From Promethearchaeota archaeon (GTDB lineage: Archaea; Asgardarchaeota; Lokiarchaeia; Sigyniarchaeales; SOKP01), in the NCBI GenBank assembly GCA_019058015.1, contig JAHLWH010000134.1, positions 10,299 through 74,298 on the forward strand: 64,000 nucleotides of DNA. Reading direction: 5' to 3'. Below, one piece after another: positions 54,912-64,000 of the stretch (positions are counted from its first letter, which is position 1; every line of letters begins with the position of its first letter). The notes below the pieces were generated by a model. It searched no databases, was not told where the DNA came from, and worked only from the letters and a program-made list of their open reading frames with translations. Made by a program: the position numbers and the translations under genes.

Positions 54912-57389
54912 ATGGAGAAAAATAAACGAATTCTTATTTTAATTCTTACTTTATTGCTGTCTGGTCTATCTGTATACTTATTTGGATTTGTATTTTTCAC
55001 TCTTGACTGGATAATAATAATATTAGATATTGCATTTTGGATTACACTTCTTTTATATTTTTTTTTAGTCAATGAAATATATCATTGGGTAAAAGAAGGA
55101 AAAAGAAGTGAATTAGCTGATATTGTTTTTATTGCTTTTTTATTCTTTTTTATATTTTTTCTATTTAAGGATTTAATGACTTCATTTATGGGCGCCTTCT
55201 TTATTTATCTTTTATTAGGAAGATCCGAAGTAAAAGAATATGAAGTATTAAGCAAATTACTTGATATTTCATTGATTACTTATGCAGTAATCTTTTTCTC
55301 AGGGATAATTTCAAGAATTGTAAATAATGATATTATTATTAATACTGCTTTCTCTTTTTCTATTTGGTTAATTTTAGGCTTAGGTTTTGCATACTTTGGA
55401 AGAAAATATATAATTGTATTTAGATTTATGAGTCCTGAATATCTCACATTACTCCTGTATGTTCTCGCATGGTTAATCGTTATCTTTATCAATCAATATA
55501 CACCTTTAAATTTCATTGATTATATCTACTATGTTTTACTTATTACAAATTGGGTCATCTATTTCATTTCAGGTCCAATTTTAGATAAAATGTTGGGTAT
55601 AAAAAGAGTCCAAGATGAGAAACTTCTCAAATTAGTCAACAAATTAAAGGAAAAAGTGGGGATACGTGGAAAAGTTAAGGTAGGATTTGGTAAATATCCA
55701 ATACTCAATGCGATGGCTTATGGTTCTTTTTTAGATAAAAGAGTGGCAATCATTGCTGAAGATATTTCTGAAATAGCAGAGGATGAAATAGATGGAATAA
55801 TTGCACATGAACTTGCACATACAAAAGAATACCATACTTTATTTTTAACGCTTTTAACTTCTATCGATTTAATCTTCAGAATGATATTTAATATTCCAGC
55901 CACATATTACGACTATGTCTTTGGAAATCCCTCTATTCCACTAGTAGCTTTTATATTTTTAAATTTGGGAATTTTTATTATATTATTTATATTTGTAAGA
56001 TTTTTAGAAAGTCGAGCTGACTTAAAAACCAAGAAAATAGGCCTTGGTCTTAATCTTGCCAAAGCTCTCTATAATCTAGAAAGCTTCTACGCACACGGAC
56101 GCGAAGTGGGACTTAACACTATATTACTCGCGGAAGAGAAGCAAAATCCAAATAATATATTATTAGATTATATGAGTACTGCGGAATATATTAATAATTC
56201 AATGATACAACCCTCAAGATTATCTTTACTCAGCAATTTTATTAACTCTCATCCGCCAACTTATTTTAGAATTGCAGCAATTCTAGGTGATAATTTAAAA
56301 CCCTTAAAAGAAGCGTTTTTAACTTTTTTTTTAATGAAAAAATCTAAACAGAGAAAATATGCAGAGAAATTTTCTCAAGCGAGAGAATTATTTACAAAAG
56401 TAGCAACTACTAAATTTAAAGAAAAATTTGAGATTTCTAATATTCCAGAAATGATGGAACACCTAAATAAAAAAGAAATATATCAAAAATATTTCAATAA
56501 AACATATTTATTTAAGAATAAAGTCACTAAAGCTATAATTTTGGGCAAATTAATTGATATCTCATTCACCAATGAAATTACTAATCCTGTTGAATTCATT
56601 ATTGAAAATTTAGAGGGAAATATAAAAGAAAAAATTAACCCTTCTTTCTATAGTTCAATAGAATTCCAAATAGATGGAAAATATTTTTTTGAAAAAGAAA
56701 ATCCAATTATTCTTACTAAAGTTGATTTATTAGAAGACCATACTAAGGGAAATTTTGTATTTAAGTCAAAATCCAATGATACAATTCATAAGAATATAAA
56801 TAAAACCAAACTCCCAAAATCTATAAAAATAATTGAAAATCTTAAAGGAAAAGAAGTCTTCTTTACCACGAAAGGCACGATATCAATAAGGGAATGTACT
56901 GATATAACACCCTCTGAGATATATGGTGATTATAAGATCGCACTTCTAGAATATGCTGATTCTGACGATAATTCAAAGCCAATAGTATATGATTTAAAAG
57001 ATTTAATTGTTAAAACATCTGAAAATGGTATCGGAATAATTTTTTATCGTGATTTAAATACTAAACCATATGAATTAAAAATTCTAGAATGGCTAAAAGA
57101 TAAACAGATTAGGACTTCAATCTTTCTAAAAAAACCGGTCAATAATGAGGAAATCGGTTATCTCCAAAAAAATATAGTCAATTTCAGAAATCAAGATGAA
57201 ATTGAAAAAAGCAAGGTTATAATTAAAAATATATTTGGGGAAGAAATTGAAATTCCTTATAAAAAAATTGAGCTAGTTCTTTTTAATTATGATTCAGTTG
57301 TCATTCTGCAGAAAAATAAAACGAGTATTTTTAGTAAATTAGGCTATAAAATACTAAAAAAATTCGCACCACAAAAAATATTTATCTAA
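54912..57389 (+). CDS. membrane-embedded M48-family (HtpX/Ste24-like) zinc metalloprotease with large C-terminal soluble domain
   Basis: About 7 N-terminal TM helices. ILNAMAYG..IIAHELAHTKEYH (HExxH), ESRADLKT and SHPPTYFRIAAIL. The ~350 C-terminal residues have no recognised family. Confidence 0.7.
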   Translation: MEKNKRILILILTLLLSGLSVYLFGFVFFTLDWIIIILDIAFWITLLLYFFLVNEIYHWVKEGKRSELADIVFIAFLFFFIFFLFKDLMTSFMGAFFIYLLLGRSEVKEYEVLSKLLDISLITYAVIFFSGIISRIVNNDIIINTAFSFSIWLILGLGFAYFGRKYIIVFRFMSPEYLTLLLYVLAWLIVIFINQYTPLNFIDYIYYVLLITNWVIYFISGPILDKMLGIKRVQDEKLLKLVNKLKEKVGIRGKVKVGFGKYPILNAMAYGSFLDKRVAIIAEDISEIAEDEIDGIIAHELAHTKEYHTLFLTLLTSIDLIFRMIFNIPATYYDYVFGNPSIPLVAFIFLNLGIFIILFIFVRFLESRADLKTKKIGLGLNLAKALYNLESFYAHGREVGLNTILLAEEKQNPNNILLDYMSTAEYINNSMIQPSRLSLLSNFINSHPPTYFRIAAILGDNLKPLKEAFLTFFLMKKSKQRKYAEKFSQARELFTKVATTKFKEKFEISNIPEMMEHLNKKEIYQKYFNKTYLFKNKVTKAIILGKLIDISFTNEITNPVEFIIENLEGNIKEKINPSFYSSIEFQIDGKYFFEKENPIILTKVDLLEDHTKGNFVFKSKSNDTIHKNINKTKLPKSIKIIENLKGKEVFFTTKGTISIRECTDITPSEIYGDYKIALLEYADSDDNSKPIVYDLKDLIVKTSENGIGIIFYRDLNTKPYELKILEWLKDKQIRTSIFLKKPVNNEEIGYLQKNIVNFRNQDEIEKSKVIIKNIFGEEIEIPYKKIELVLFNYDSVVILQKNKTSIFSKLGYKILKKFAPQKIFI

Positions 57390-57493
57390 TTCTTGCATCT
57401 AATTTTATTTTAATATATCTCTTAAAATTAAAAAAAAACAGAAAAGCAAAAAAATAATTAGTAATTATAACACTAATAGTCTCCTCAAAAAAA

Positions 57494-58441
57494 TTGATTA
57501 GGATGGCAGGAAAATTAATTTCTATTTTAAGGTTATTGCGTGTAAAGCAATATTATAAAAATCTTTTAATATTCATAGCAGCATTTTTTGGAGAAATGAT
57601 TTTGGATGCTTCTTTATGGTTTATTTTAGTATTGGGTTTTATTCTGGCATGTTGCACGTCATCAATAAATTATATTGTGAATGACATTATCGATGTTGAA
57701 AAAGATAAATTGCATCCAGAAAAATCCAAAAAACGCCCCCTTGCATCGGGTTGTTTATCAAAAGGTTTTGCATTCTTTCTATTGTTCATTTTAATATTTT
57801 CCGTTATTATATGCCTTATTTTTATAATTCCCAATTTATTTTTTGGATTAACGTTATTGTCAATTTTAATTGTAGGACAATTGTATAATTTTATTCTCAA
57901 TAAATATGCTTTCGTTGATATTATCTCCCTATCTATTCTTTACATTATTCGAGCGATTGCAGGATGTTTTTTAATTGAAGTTTTCATATCCCCGTGGTTA
58001 TTTCTAGCGATTTTTCTAGTAGCATTATTTTTAGTTATTTGCAAAAGAAATGCTGATTTAGTATTAATGGGAGAGGAAGATGCATCTAAACACAAAAATG
58101 TATACGATCAATACTCAATAAAGTTATTAGAACAGTTTCATATTTTGGTAGCTAGTTCATTATTTATGACCTACTCATTATATATAATTTTAGGGCCATT
58201 TAATATACTTAGTGTAGAAAATATTAAATTACATCAATATTTTTCGGTTTTTACTATTCCAGTTGCATTATATTTAATATTGAAATATATGTATTTATTA
58301 AGAGCAAATCCAAAAATCGCTAGAAATCCTTCAAGAGCTTTTTTTGATAAAGGAATAATAATTTCAGGAGTTTTTATTCTTATTTTTATGTTTATTGCTT
58401 TTTATTGGGATACTGTATTAGAAATTTTTGGACTAAATTAA
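57494..58441 (+). CDS. UbiA-superfamily prenyl/phosphoribosyl transferase (decaprenyl-phosphate phosphoribosyltransferase-like)
   Basis: NDIIDVEKDKLHPEKSKKRPLASG motif closely follows the NDxxDxExDxxHPxKxxRPxAxG pattern of the polyprenyl-phosphate 5-phosphoribosyltransferase subgroup. Polytopic. Confidence 0.75.
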   Translation: MIRMAGKLISILRLLRVKQYYKNLLIFIAAFFGEMILDASLWFILVLGFILACCTSSINYIVNDIIDVEKDKLHPEKSKKRPLASGCLSKGFAFFLLFILIFSVIICLIFIIPNLFFGLTLLSILIVGQLYNFILNKYAFVDIISLSILYIIRAIAGCFLIEVFISPWLFLAIFLVALFLVICKRNADLVLMGEEDASKHKNVYDQYSIKLLEQFHILVASSLFMTYSLYIILGPFNILSVENIKLHQYFSVFTIPVALYLILKYMYLLRANPKIARNPSRAFFDKGIIISGVFILIFMFIAFYWDTVLEIFGLN

Positions 58442-59179
58442 ATGATGTATATGCCCCACCCACCAATTATTTTATTTGATTTTGATGGTGTAGTTATAAC
58501 ACACACAAGCTTAGAACTTGCTGCCTTAAAACAACTTAAAAATAATTGGTATAAATGGCAAAATATTGAAAAGATGAGACTTATTGATTTTGCCAGAATT
58601 TTAGAACAATCTGATTCTGAAAACAAATTTAAGGCTTATAAAAACTTATTTAAGAATTACAGAAAAATTATTCCAAACCCTTTAAAAATTATTATCTTCT
58701 TTATTCGTTTTAGACTTGTATATCCCAAATTGGAGAAAATCTATGAAACTCTCAAACCAAATCTAGAAAATGTTTTAAAAATCTTAAAAGAAAATAATAT
58801 TCCCACGGGAATCGTCTCAAATACACAAAAGAAACGATTAGCTTTTTTTACTGAAAAGTTTAATCTAAGCCAATATTTCGCTGTGATAATGTCACGGAGT
58901 GATGCTCCCTCCCGGAAGCCAAACCCTTTACCTATTTTACTTGCTTTGAAAACAATTAAAAATACATATGGATTTTCCAAAATTGAAAAAAGTAGAGTTT
59001 ATTTTATTGGTGATTTACCCACAGATATTAAATGTGCTAAAAATGCGGGGATAAATAGTATTGCCATTCTATCGGGACATGGATTAAAAAAAGATTTAGA
59101 AAGAGAAAATCCTTCAATCATCTTGGAGAATAGCCAACAATTGTTAGAAATTGAAATGATTAAAAAATATTTAAAATAA
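58442..59179 (+). CDS. HAD-superfamily phosphatase
   Basis: ILFDFDGVV (motif I), IVSNT (motif II) and K..YFIGDLPTDIKCAKNAGI (motifs III/IV). TAAATG junction with the UbiA gene. Confidence 0.8.
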   Translation: MMYMPHPPIILFDFDGVVITHTSLELAALKQLKNNWYKWQNIEKMRLIDFARILEQSDSENKFKAYKNLFKNYRKIIPNPLKIIIFFIRFRLVYPKLEKIYETLKPNLENVLKILKENNIPTGIVSNTQKKRLAFFTEKFNLSQYFAVIMSRSDAPSRKPNPLPILLALKTIKNTYGFSKIEKSRVYFIGDLPTDIKCAKNAGINSIAILSGHGLKKDLERENPSIILENSQQLLEIEMIKKYLK

Positions 59180-59185
59180 TTAAAA

Positions 59186-60148
59186 TTATCTCTCGATTTT
59201 TCCTGGAAGGTAAAAATCATATTTCTTTCGAAATAGTTTTGTTTTTATGAAACGATCGAATTTTCGAACCCTTTGAAAAATTTCCCAAATCATTTTATCG
59301 TTATTATAATATGATTGAACCTCTTTTAATGTAATAGATTCTATGTTGAACTCTCCAGCTTCTTGTATAAAAAAATCATTAATTATTTTTATTAATCCCG
59401 GAATTAGTTCACGTTTCTGTTCCTTAAAGAAGTTAGCAATTAAATCAATAGCAACTAAGCGCCAATCATGGTAACGATCCATTACTTCTTGAATAAATAA
59501 GGCTTTAAGAAGCCATCTCAAAAAAGATGGGGCACTTTTTAAAAATAGTTCAGGTTCCATAGCTTCGATTCCATTAATTCTATACATTGGTGTACTTGTA
59601 TCTAAATAAATTAATTTTATATCTTCAGGAACTTTTGGATTATTCGGGTTGTATCCCTCTAGAGAAAAATTTGAGATTTGTCCATCTATTCCGACTTTTA
59701 TATTCTCATTTTTCTTATTGAAGTCCCAAACTTTTTTTAATTCTCTCATGATAAATAAGACTAACTTGCTCACATCATGATTACTAAGTTCGTGAATAAT
59801 TTTATTTCCGATCGTTTCAGGCGGAACTTTTTCTTGAGCACAATACAATACAACATTACCTTTTGGATCTTTTACCCACACAGCATCACAATCTGGAATA
59901 TTTAATCTTATGTCCTCCTTTAAGATTCTATTATATTCTTTGTAAGCTTTTATATGCTTTTTTACTTGTTTCTCAGTATCAAAGATAGGAAGCCTTTTAT
60001 AAGCTATTTTTTCAGGATCATCTACGAGTTCAAATACTAAACTTATTTCACCAAAACCAAGAATTTTTATTGGGATTTTACCACGCTCTGGATGTATAGT
60101 ATCAATTACATTCTCTAGTTCATTTATAATGTCTGTATTTATTTTCAT
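59186..60148 (-). CDS. uncharacterised protein with protein-kinase-like motif order (candidate small-molecule kinase)
   Basis: ILGFGEISLVFEL (Gly-rich loop), IAYKRL (Lys), IDGQISN (D-x4-N) and IYLDTS (metal-binding Asp) appear in the order expected for a kinase-like fold. Assignment from motif order only. Confidence 0.35.
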   Translation of the reverse strand: MKINTDIINELENVIDTIHPERGKIPIKILGFGEISLVFELVDDPEKIAYKRLPIFDTEKQVKKHIKAYKEYNRILKEDIRLNIPDCDAVWVKDPKGNVVLYCAQEKVPPETIGNKIIHELSNHDVSKLVLFIMRELKKVWDFNKKNENIKVGIDGQISNFSLEGYNPNNPKVPEDIKLIYLDTSTPMYRINGIEAMEPELFLKSAPSFLRWLLKALFIQEVMDRYHDWRLVAIDLIANFFKEQKRELIPGLIKIINDFFIQEAGEFNIESITLKEVQSYYNNDKMIWEIFQRVRKFDRFIKTKLFRKKYDFYLPGKIER

Positions 60149-61471
60149 TTACATTTGCACCTCTTGTTTTTTTTTAGGATATTCACTTAACGCAATATCT
60201 AAACGTTTTAAAATTTCATCAATATCCTCAGATTCAATAATTAAAGGGGGCATTAATTTATTTGTTGATTTATTATTCCCACAGTAGTCAGCAAAAATTC
60301 CATTTTTAATCATATAAACTGTAAAAATTTGGCCGTAAACTTCATTAATGAACTCAATCCCCCACATAAGCCCTCTACCCCTTATATCTACAATGATATT
60401 TGAATATTTTTTTTTAAGCTCTTTCAAACCATCTCCAAATTCCCTTCCCATCGTTCTAACATGTTCTAAAAATTTAGGTTGAGAAATTATATCGAGCATC
60501 CTCCTGCAAAAATAACAACCAAGCTCAGAACCCCCAGTAGAGCTTATATGTAGGAAAGGATCATCTTTAAATACTTCTTCAATAAAAGGTTTATAACTAC
60601 AAGTGGCTATGGGATAATAACCAGCGCTCATTCCTTTAGCAAGTACAATTATATCTGGAACAACTTTTTCATGTTTATATAATCCCCCAAAAATTGCCCA
60701 GAATTCTCCTGTTCGACCTAAACCTGTTTGAACTTCATCAGAAATCATTATGACTCCATTATCATCACATAACTCTCTTACTGTAGCAAAATATCCCTCC
60801 GGAGGTATTAAAATCCCACCAGTTGCAGGAATTGTTTCAAATATAACGCAAGCAGTTTCCCCATCAATCACCTTAGATATTGCATCAATATCCCCAAAAG
60901 GAACTTGTACAAAATCGGATGGCCCCCATAGAAAAATGTCTTTAAAATTTGAAGCACAAGCCCCTAAAGCAAACCCTGTTACCCCATGATAAGCTCTATT
61001 TGCAGAAATAATTTTTATCCTTTGTGTTATTGCTCTGGCTAATTTTAAGGCTAAATCTATTGCTTCCCCACCTCCAACACAGTACTGAGTTTTAGAAATA
61101 TCTCCAGGAAGAAGTTCCGCCAATTTTTTTGCGAGTAAAGATCTTTGCTCACTTATTAAATGATGATCTCCTATATCTAGACCTGCATCAATACCATCTT
61201 TTAATGCCTTTATTATTTCCGGATGTCTATGCCCTAAGTTAAAAACTCCTCCAGTCGTTCTGCAATCGATTAAATCTAGTGGAGGTTGTCCTTTCCTTGT
61301 TCCTTCTAACATCTTCACATGAAAGCGATCTCGCTCACCTTGAACGATTCCAAAACCCAATTTTTTAAAAAAAGATGCTTTATATTTGTTTACATAAGTG
61401 GAATACATTTTTACTATATTTTTTTGAGTTTCTGAGCCAATAATCTTTCTTTTTTGAGACATTAAATTCAC
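60149..61471 (-). CDS. class-III (omega) pyridoxal-phosphate aminotransferase-fold enzyme
   Basis: GGGEAIDLALKLAR, SDEVQTGLGRTG, VLAKGMSAG (PLP Lys) and STGGSELG. Confidence 0.85.
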   Translation of the reverse strand: MNLMSQKRKIIGSETQKNIVKMYSTYVNKYKASFFKKLGFGIVQGERDRFHVKMLEGTRKGQPPLDLIDCRTTGGVFNLGHRHPEIIKALKDGIDAGLDIGDHHLISEQRSLLAKKLAELLPGDISKTQYCVGGGEAIDLALKLARAITQRIKIISANRAYHGVTGFALGACASNFKDIFLWGPSDFVQVPFGDIDAISKVIDGETACVIFETIPATGGILIPPEGYFATVRELCDDNGVIMISDEVQTGLGRTGEFWAIFGGLYKHEKVVPDIIVLAKGMSAGYYPIATCSYKPFIEEVFKDDPFLHISSTGGSELGCYFCRRMLDIISQPKFLEHVRTMGREFGDGLKELKKKYSNIIVDIRGRGLMWGIEFINEVYGQIFTVYMIKNGIFADYCGNNKSTNKLMPPLIIESEDIDEILKRLDIALSEYPKKKQEVQM

Positions 61472-61559
61472 ACTCTTCTTGAATTTAGATAATTCTATTT
61501 TTATTTTCTTAATATATTAAATTTTTTTATTAGATTCTTGAATTTAATAATATTTAGTT

Positions 61560-62717
61560 TTATTGGTATGATTGGAATAATTTTCCCCAATCTGACTTTA
61601 AAAATTTATTAATTCTTTTCCTCCCTGTCCAATTATACCAAAATAAGTCGTGAAAAAGTTTAGAAGCCATTATCGGTCCCATAAAAAATAATTCATTGTG
61701 AAGAAGGGGCTCCAAGAATCTTAAGAAACCCTTTCGGGTCATTTGATCACCCCATATGACCAAGCTTCTTTTTACACGAAAATTCCAGTTAATTTTAGAA
61801 ACATCTCCTCCTACAATATCAATCTGATCGAAATCACCACAACCTAACCCTTCATCATGAGCCATTTTTATTGCTGGTAGGGAAAGTGGTTCAAATCCCA
61901 ACATATGAGATACTACGGCATCGATTGCCACTTGATCATATCCTGCAAGTAGATAATTTTTTATTCTAGGTATCATTGTTCTCGGTCCAGCTCCATCTCC
62001 GCATACTGTTCCATCTACAACAGCAAGTATGTTGGGATGAATTTGTTTTTGAATTATTAGTAAATCTACAAGAACTTCAGACATATATTGATGACTAAAA
62101 TGTCTTCTCTTTGTAAGTAATCCCCCGAATGCATTTTTCATAGCACATGTTATTCCTCCATGCTTTGAAGTACCCATAGTGTGCTTTAAAGATCCTCCTC
62201 TTTGTCCGGTGTGTCCGTGAGTTTTCATTGTAGGTAAGTGAATAATACTTTTTCCGAAATAGAAAAGAGGGATTTTAAATCCTTTTGGGAAAATTTTTGA
62301 ATCCAAAACAAATAATTTTTTATTTTTTAAATTAATAAATTTAGGTCTTAGAGACTCATAGGAAACAAATTTTACTCTCGTTAAAGGAACAAACCATGTA
62401 TTATATCTCTCTATTATTTTTTCCCATTTATTACCTTTAAGACCAAGCTCTATATTTGTTACAACTGTTCTATTTTCACAAGGAAAAAGCTTCCTTGGAT
62501 TGAAACCATCATCAATCATAGTTTTTAATACGCCCTCTACTTGCCATGGTGGAGAACTGCAAGCTGGAAAGAATTTACTCCATGATAGATTTAATTTAAT
62601 AATTGTTTTTTTTTCTTTTTTGTAATAATCTTGATATTTCGCCATGTGCATTAATTTTTTATAATCCTTTAATACTGTTTTCGGCGAAGTTTTTACTACG
62701 TATATCTTTTCATTCAT
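61560..62717 (-). CDS. DUF362-domain protein
   Basis: TIIKLNLSW, ILAVVDGTVCGDGAGP and IDAVVSHMLGFEP resemble the DUF362 pattern. Confidence 0.6.
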   Translation of the reverse strand: MNEKIYVVKTSPKTVLKDYKKLMHMAKYQDYYKKEKKTIIKLNLSWSKFFPACSSPPWQVEGVLKTMIDDGFNPRKLFPCENRTVVTNIELGLKGNKWEKIIERYNTWFVPLTRVKFVSYESLRPKFINLKNKKLFVLDSKIFPKGFKIPLFYFGKSIIHLPTMKTHGHTGQRGGSLKHTMGTSKHGGITCAMKNAFGGLLTKRRHFSHQYMSEVLVDLLIIQKQIHPNILAVVDGTVCGDGAGPRTMIPRIKNYLLAGYDQVAIDAVVSHMLGFEPLSLPAIKMAHDEGLGCGDFDQIDIVGGDVSKINWNFRVKRSLVIWGDQMTRKGFLRFLEPLLHNELFFMGPIMASKLFHDLFWYNWTGRKRINKFLKSDWGKLFQSYQ

Positions 62718-62779
62718 AATAAATTCAAAAATTCTTTTTAATTAAAAAATATCTTTTATCGTACATTATAATTTTTTTT

Positions 62780-63911
62780 TCAAGATTTATCCTTCGATAG
62801 ATATACTGCAAACCTCGAGATATGCCATTTTAATGACAATTTTGGTCCAAATTTCTCATACATAATTTTTGATATATACCAAAATACCATTACGGTGATA
62901 GTTACTGGTATCCAGATACTATATATGTCAAGCCTATTCCAAAAGATTGGAGCTGTTATATCATGTAAAAAATATAACGTTAGTGAATAATATGAAAAAT
63001 AAAATAAAAATCGATGTCTCCATTCTGGTGTAAATTTAAATTCGTGAAAATATGTTAGCAAACTAAAAAGGACTAAATCCCAACCAATTACCCATAACAT
63101 TAAGGTAAGCACGCTCCTATCTACACCTAAAATTGTTCCCATTGTTTCGGTTGTTCTCCAAGTGGTAATATCGTGATGAAATATAAAAATATTACTCAGA
63201 ATTGAAGCAATGATTATTATTGTACCAAAAATTGCAAAATTTCTAACAATTTTCTTTTTTATTTGAGTTTTTCTTAAGTCTCCTTCTTCAATTGAATAAA
63301 TCTCGTAGAAAATATCACCAACTATAGTGCCTAAACAAAAATTTGTAAAAAACGGTAATATTGGATATTCATGAGCAGGAAAAAAAATGAAATGATATAT
63401 TAACTCCCAAAAAAGATTAATATATCTTAGACTTTCTAGCAAATCAAATACTGGATAAGAAATTATAAGTATAAACATTGCTAAAATTAAACGGACTACT
63501 TTTGGCAGCTTTAACAGAGGATAGGCAATTAATAAGCAAAAGCCAATTATAAAAAGAATATACCAACTCCAAAGTGCCAATAAACCCGCAATGTAAATAA
63601 CCGAAATTGCGTTATAAATTACAGCTAATAAAAAAAAAAAAAAAAGATCGATAATAATATTCCCTAATAAAATTTTGCTTCGAATAGTTAGGGTTCGATT
63701 TTACCTTATCCATCCTTCTTCTTATTGATAAAACCACACTAATTCCTGAAACAAAAAGAAAACCAGCTGCACCAACAACTTCCGTAGTCAATCTTAAAAG
63801 TATTAACGCCCAAGAATGTAAAGGCGATGCCCACCAATAGGATGTATGCCAAACAATCATAGCGAAAATGCAATAACCTCGAAAAGCATCAACACTTTTA
63901 ATACGACGCAT
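62780..63911 (-). pseudogene. DUF1624/HGSNAT-like membrane acyltransferase, reading frame broken at an A16/T16 run (may be an assembly artefact)
   Basis: N-terminal ORF 63612..63911 (RIKSVDAFRGYCIFAMIVWH, the DUF1624 signature) ends just after T16. The frame of ORF 62780..63580 is open through the same run (..FFLLAVIYNAISVIYIAGLLALWSW..). Confidence 0.55.
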
Positions 63912-64000
63912 GATTTCTTTCTACAAATTTTCCTTTAAAATTTTGAATTGAATTAATCCATTATATAAAAAAACTAATAATATAGATATTTTTAACCTTT

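Noticed and set aside
22730-58441. ICMT-like methyltransferase (22730..23338), M48 Ste24/HtpX-like protease (54912..57389) and a UbiA prenyltransferase (57494..58441), read together as a CAAX-type prenyl-protein processing toolkit.
   Set aside because: The genes are over 30 kb apart. Each family is widespread in prokaryotes with other roles. The UbiA enzyme looks like a polyprenyl-phosphate phosphoribosyltransferase, not a protein prenyltransferase. No CAAX-ending substrate is visible.
455-60149. In-frame stop-then-ATG junctions at 455/456, 58441/58442 and 60149/60148, considered as further read-through candidates.
   Set aside because: Zero-gap TAAATG junctions are necessarily in frame. They are ordinary translational coupling between distinct gene families.
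1-64000. Search by eye for CRISPR arrays, rRNA genes, IS elements or transposases, and prophage genes.
   Set aside because: No regularly spaced repeats, no rRNA-like GC-rich blocks and no DDE, serine or tyrosine recombinase motifs were recognised. Absence is based on visual inspection only.

Overview
AT-rich archaeal chromosomal segment, densely coded on both strands. I count about 60 plausible protein genes and one intron-containing tRNA. I could not recognise any rRNA, CRISPR array, transposase or integrase.

Housekeeping and metabolic content:
- Coenzyme F420 tail synthesis: cofD, a nitroreductase-like gene, cofE.
- A lipoylation set: two radical-SAM genes flanking a lipoate-protein ligase.
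- leuS, nagB, glmS and tpiA.
- An HdrB/HdrC-like pair.
- [NiFe]-hydrogenase maturation genes hypF, hypE and hypD, plus fdhD and a thioredoxin.
- Peptidases.
- A long glycosylation/envelope region (about 44-64 kb).

Interleaved are several proteins of the 'eukaryotic signature' type:
- A ribophorin-I-like membrane protein transcribed divergently from Sec61-beta.
- An ALG7/AglH-type GlcNAc-1-P transferase.
- A roadblock/LC7 protein.
- Three small longin/roadblock-like ORFs.
- Two V4R (Bet3/TRAPP-like) proteins.
- A type-2 methionine aminopeptidase with a Lys/Glu-rich N-terminal extension.
- A Trm112-like zinc ribbon with a large helical insert.

Together with hyp, hdr and F420 genes, this points to an Asgard (Loki-like) archaeon. 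That placement is inference from gene content only.

Most worth a second look:
- The longin/longin/roadblock gene trio at 12.1-13.7 kb. Its reading frames are interrupted by a T10-associated frameshift and by one in-frame TAA, and the roadblock N-terminal helix is encoded in the supposed gap.
- The roadblock plus orphan 451-aa operon at 41.3-43.1 kb.
- The Sec61-beta/ribophorin-I/AglH neighbourhood.
- A 1.7-kb two-gene cassette bracketed by ~88-bp direct repeats that carry the 3' end of a phosphatase gene.

Several ORF breaks coincide with homopolymer runs, so assembly indel errors must be excluded first. All family calls are from motif reading by eye; no searches were run.
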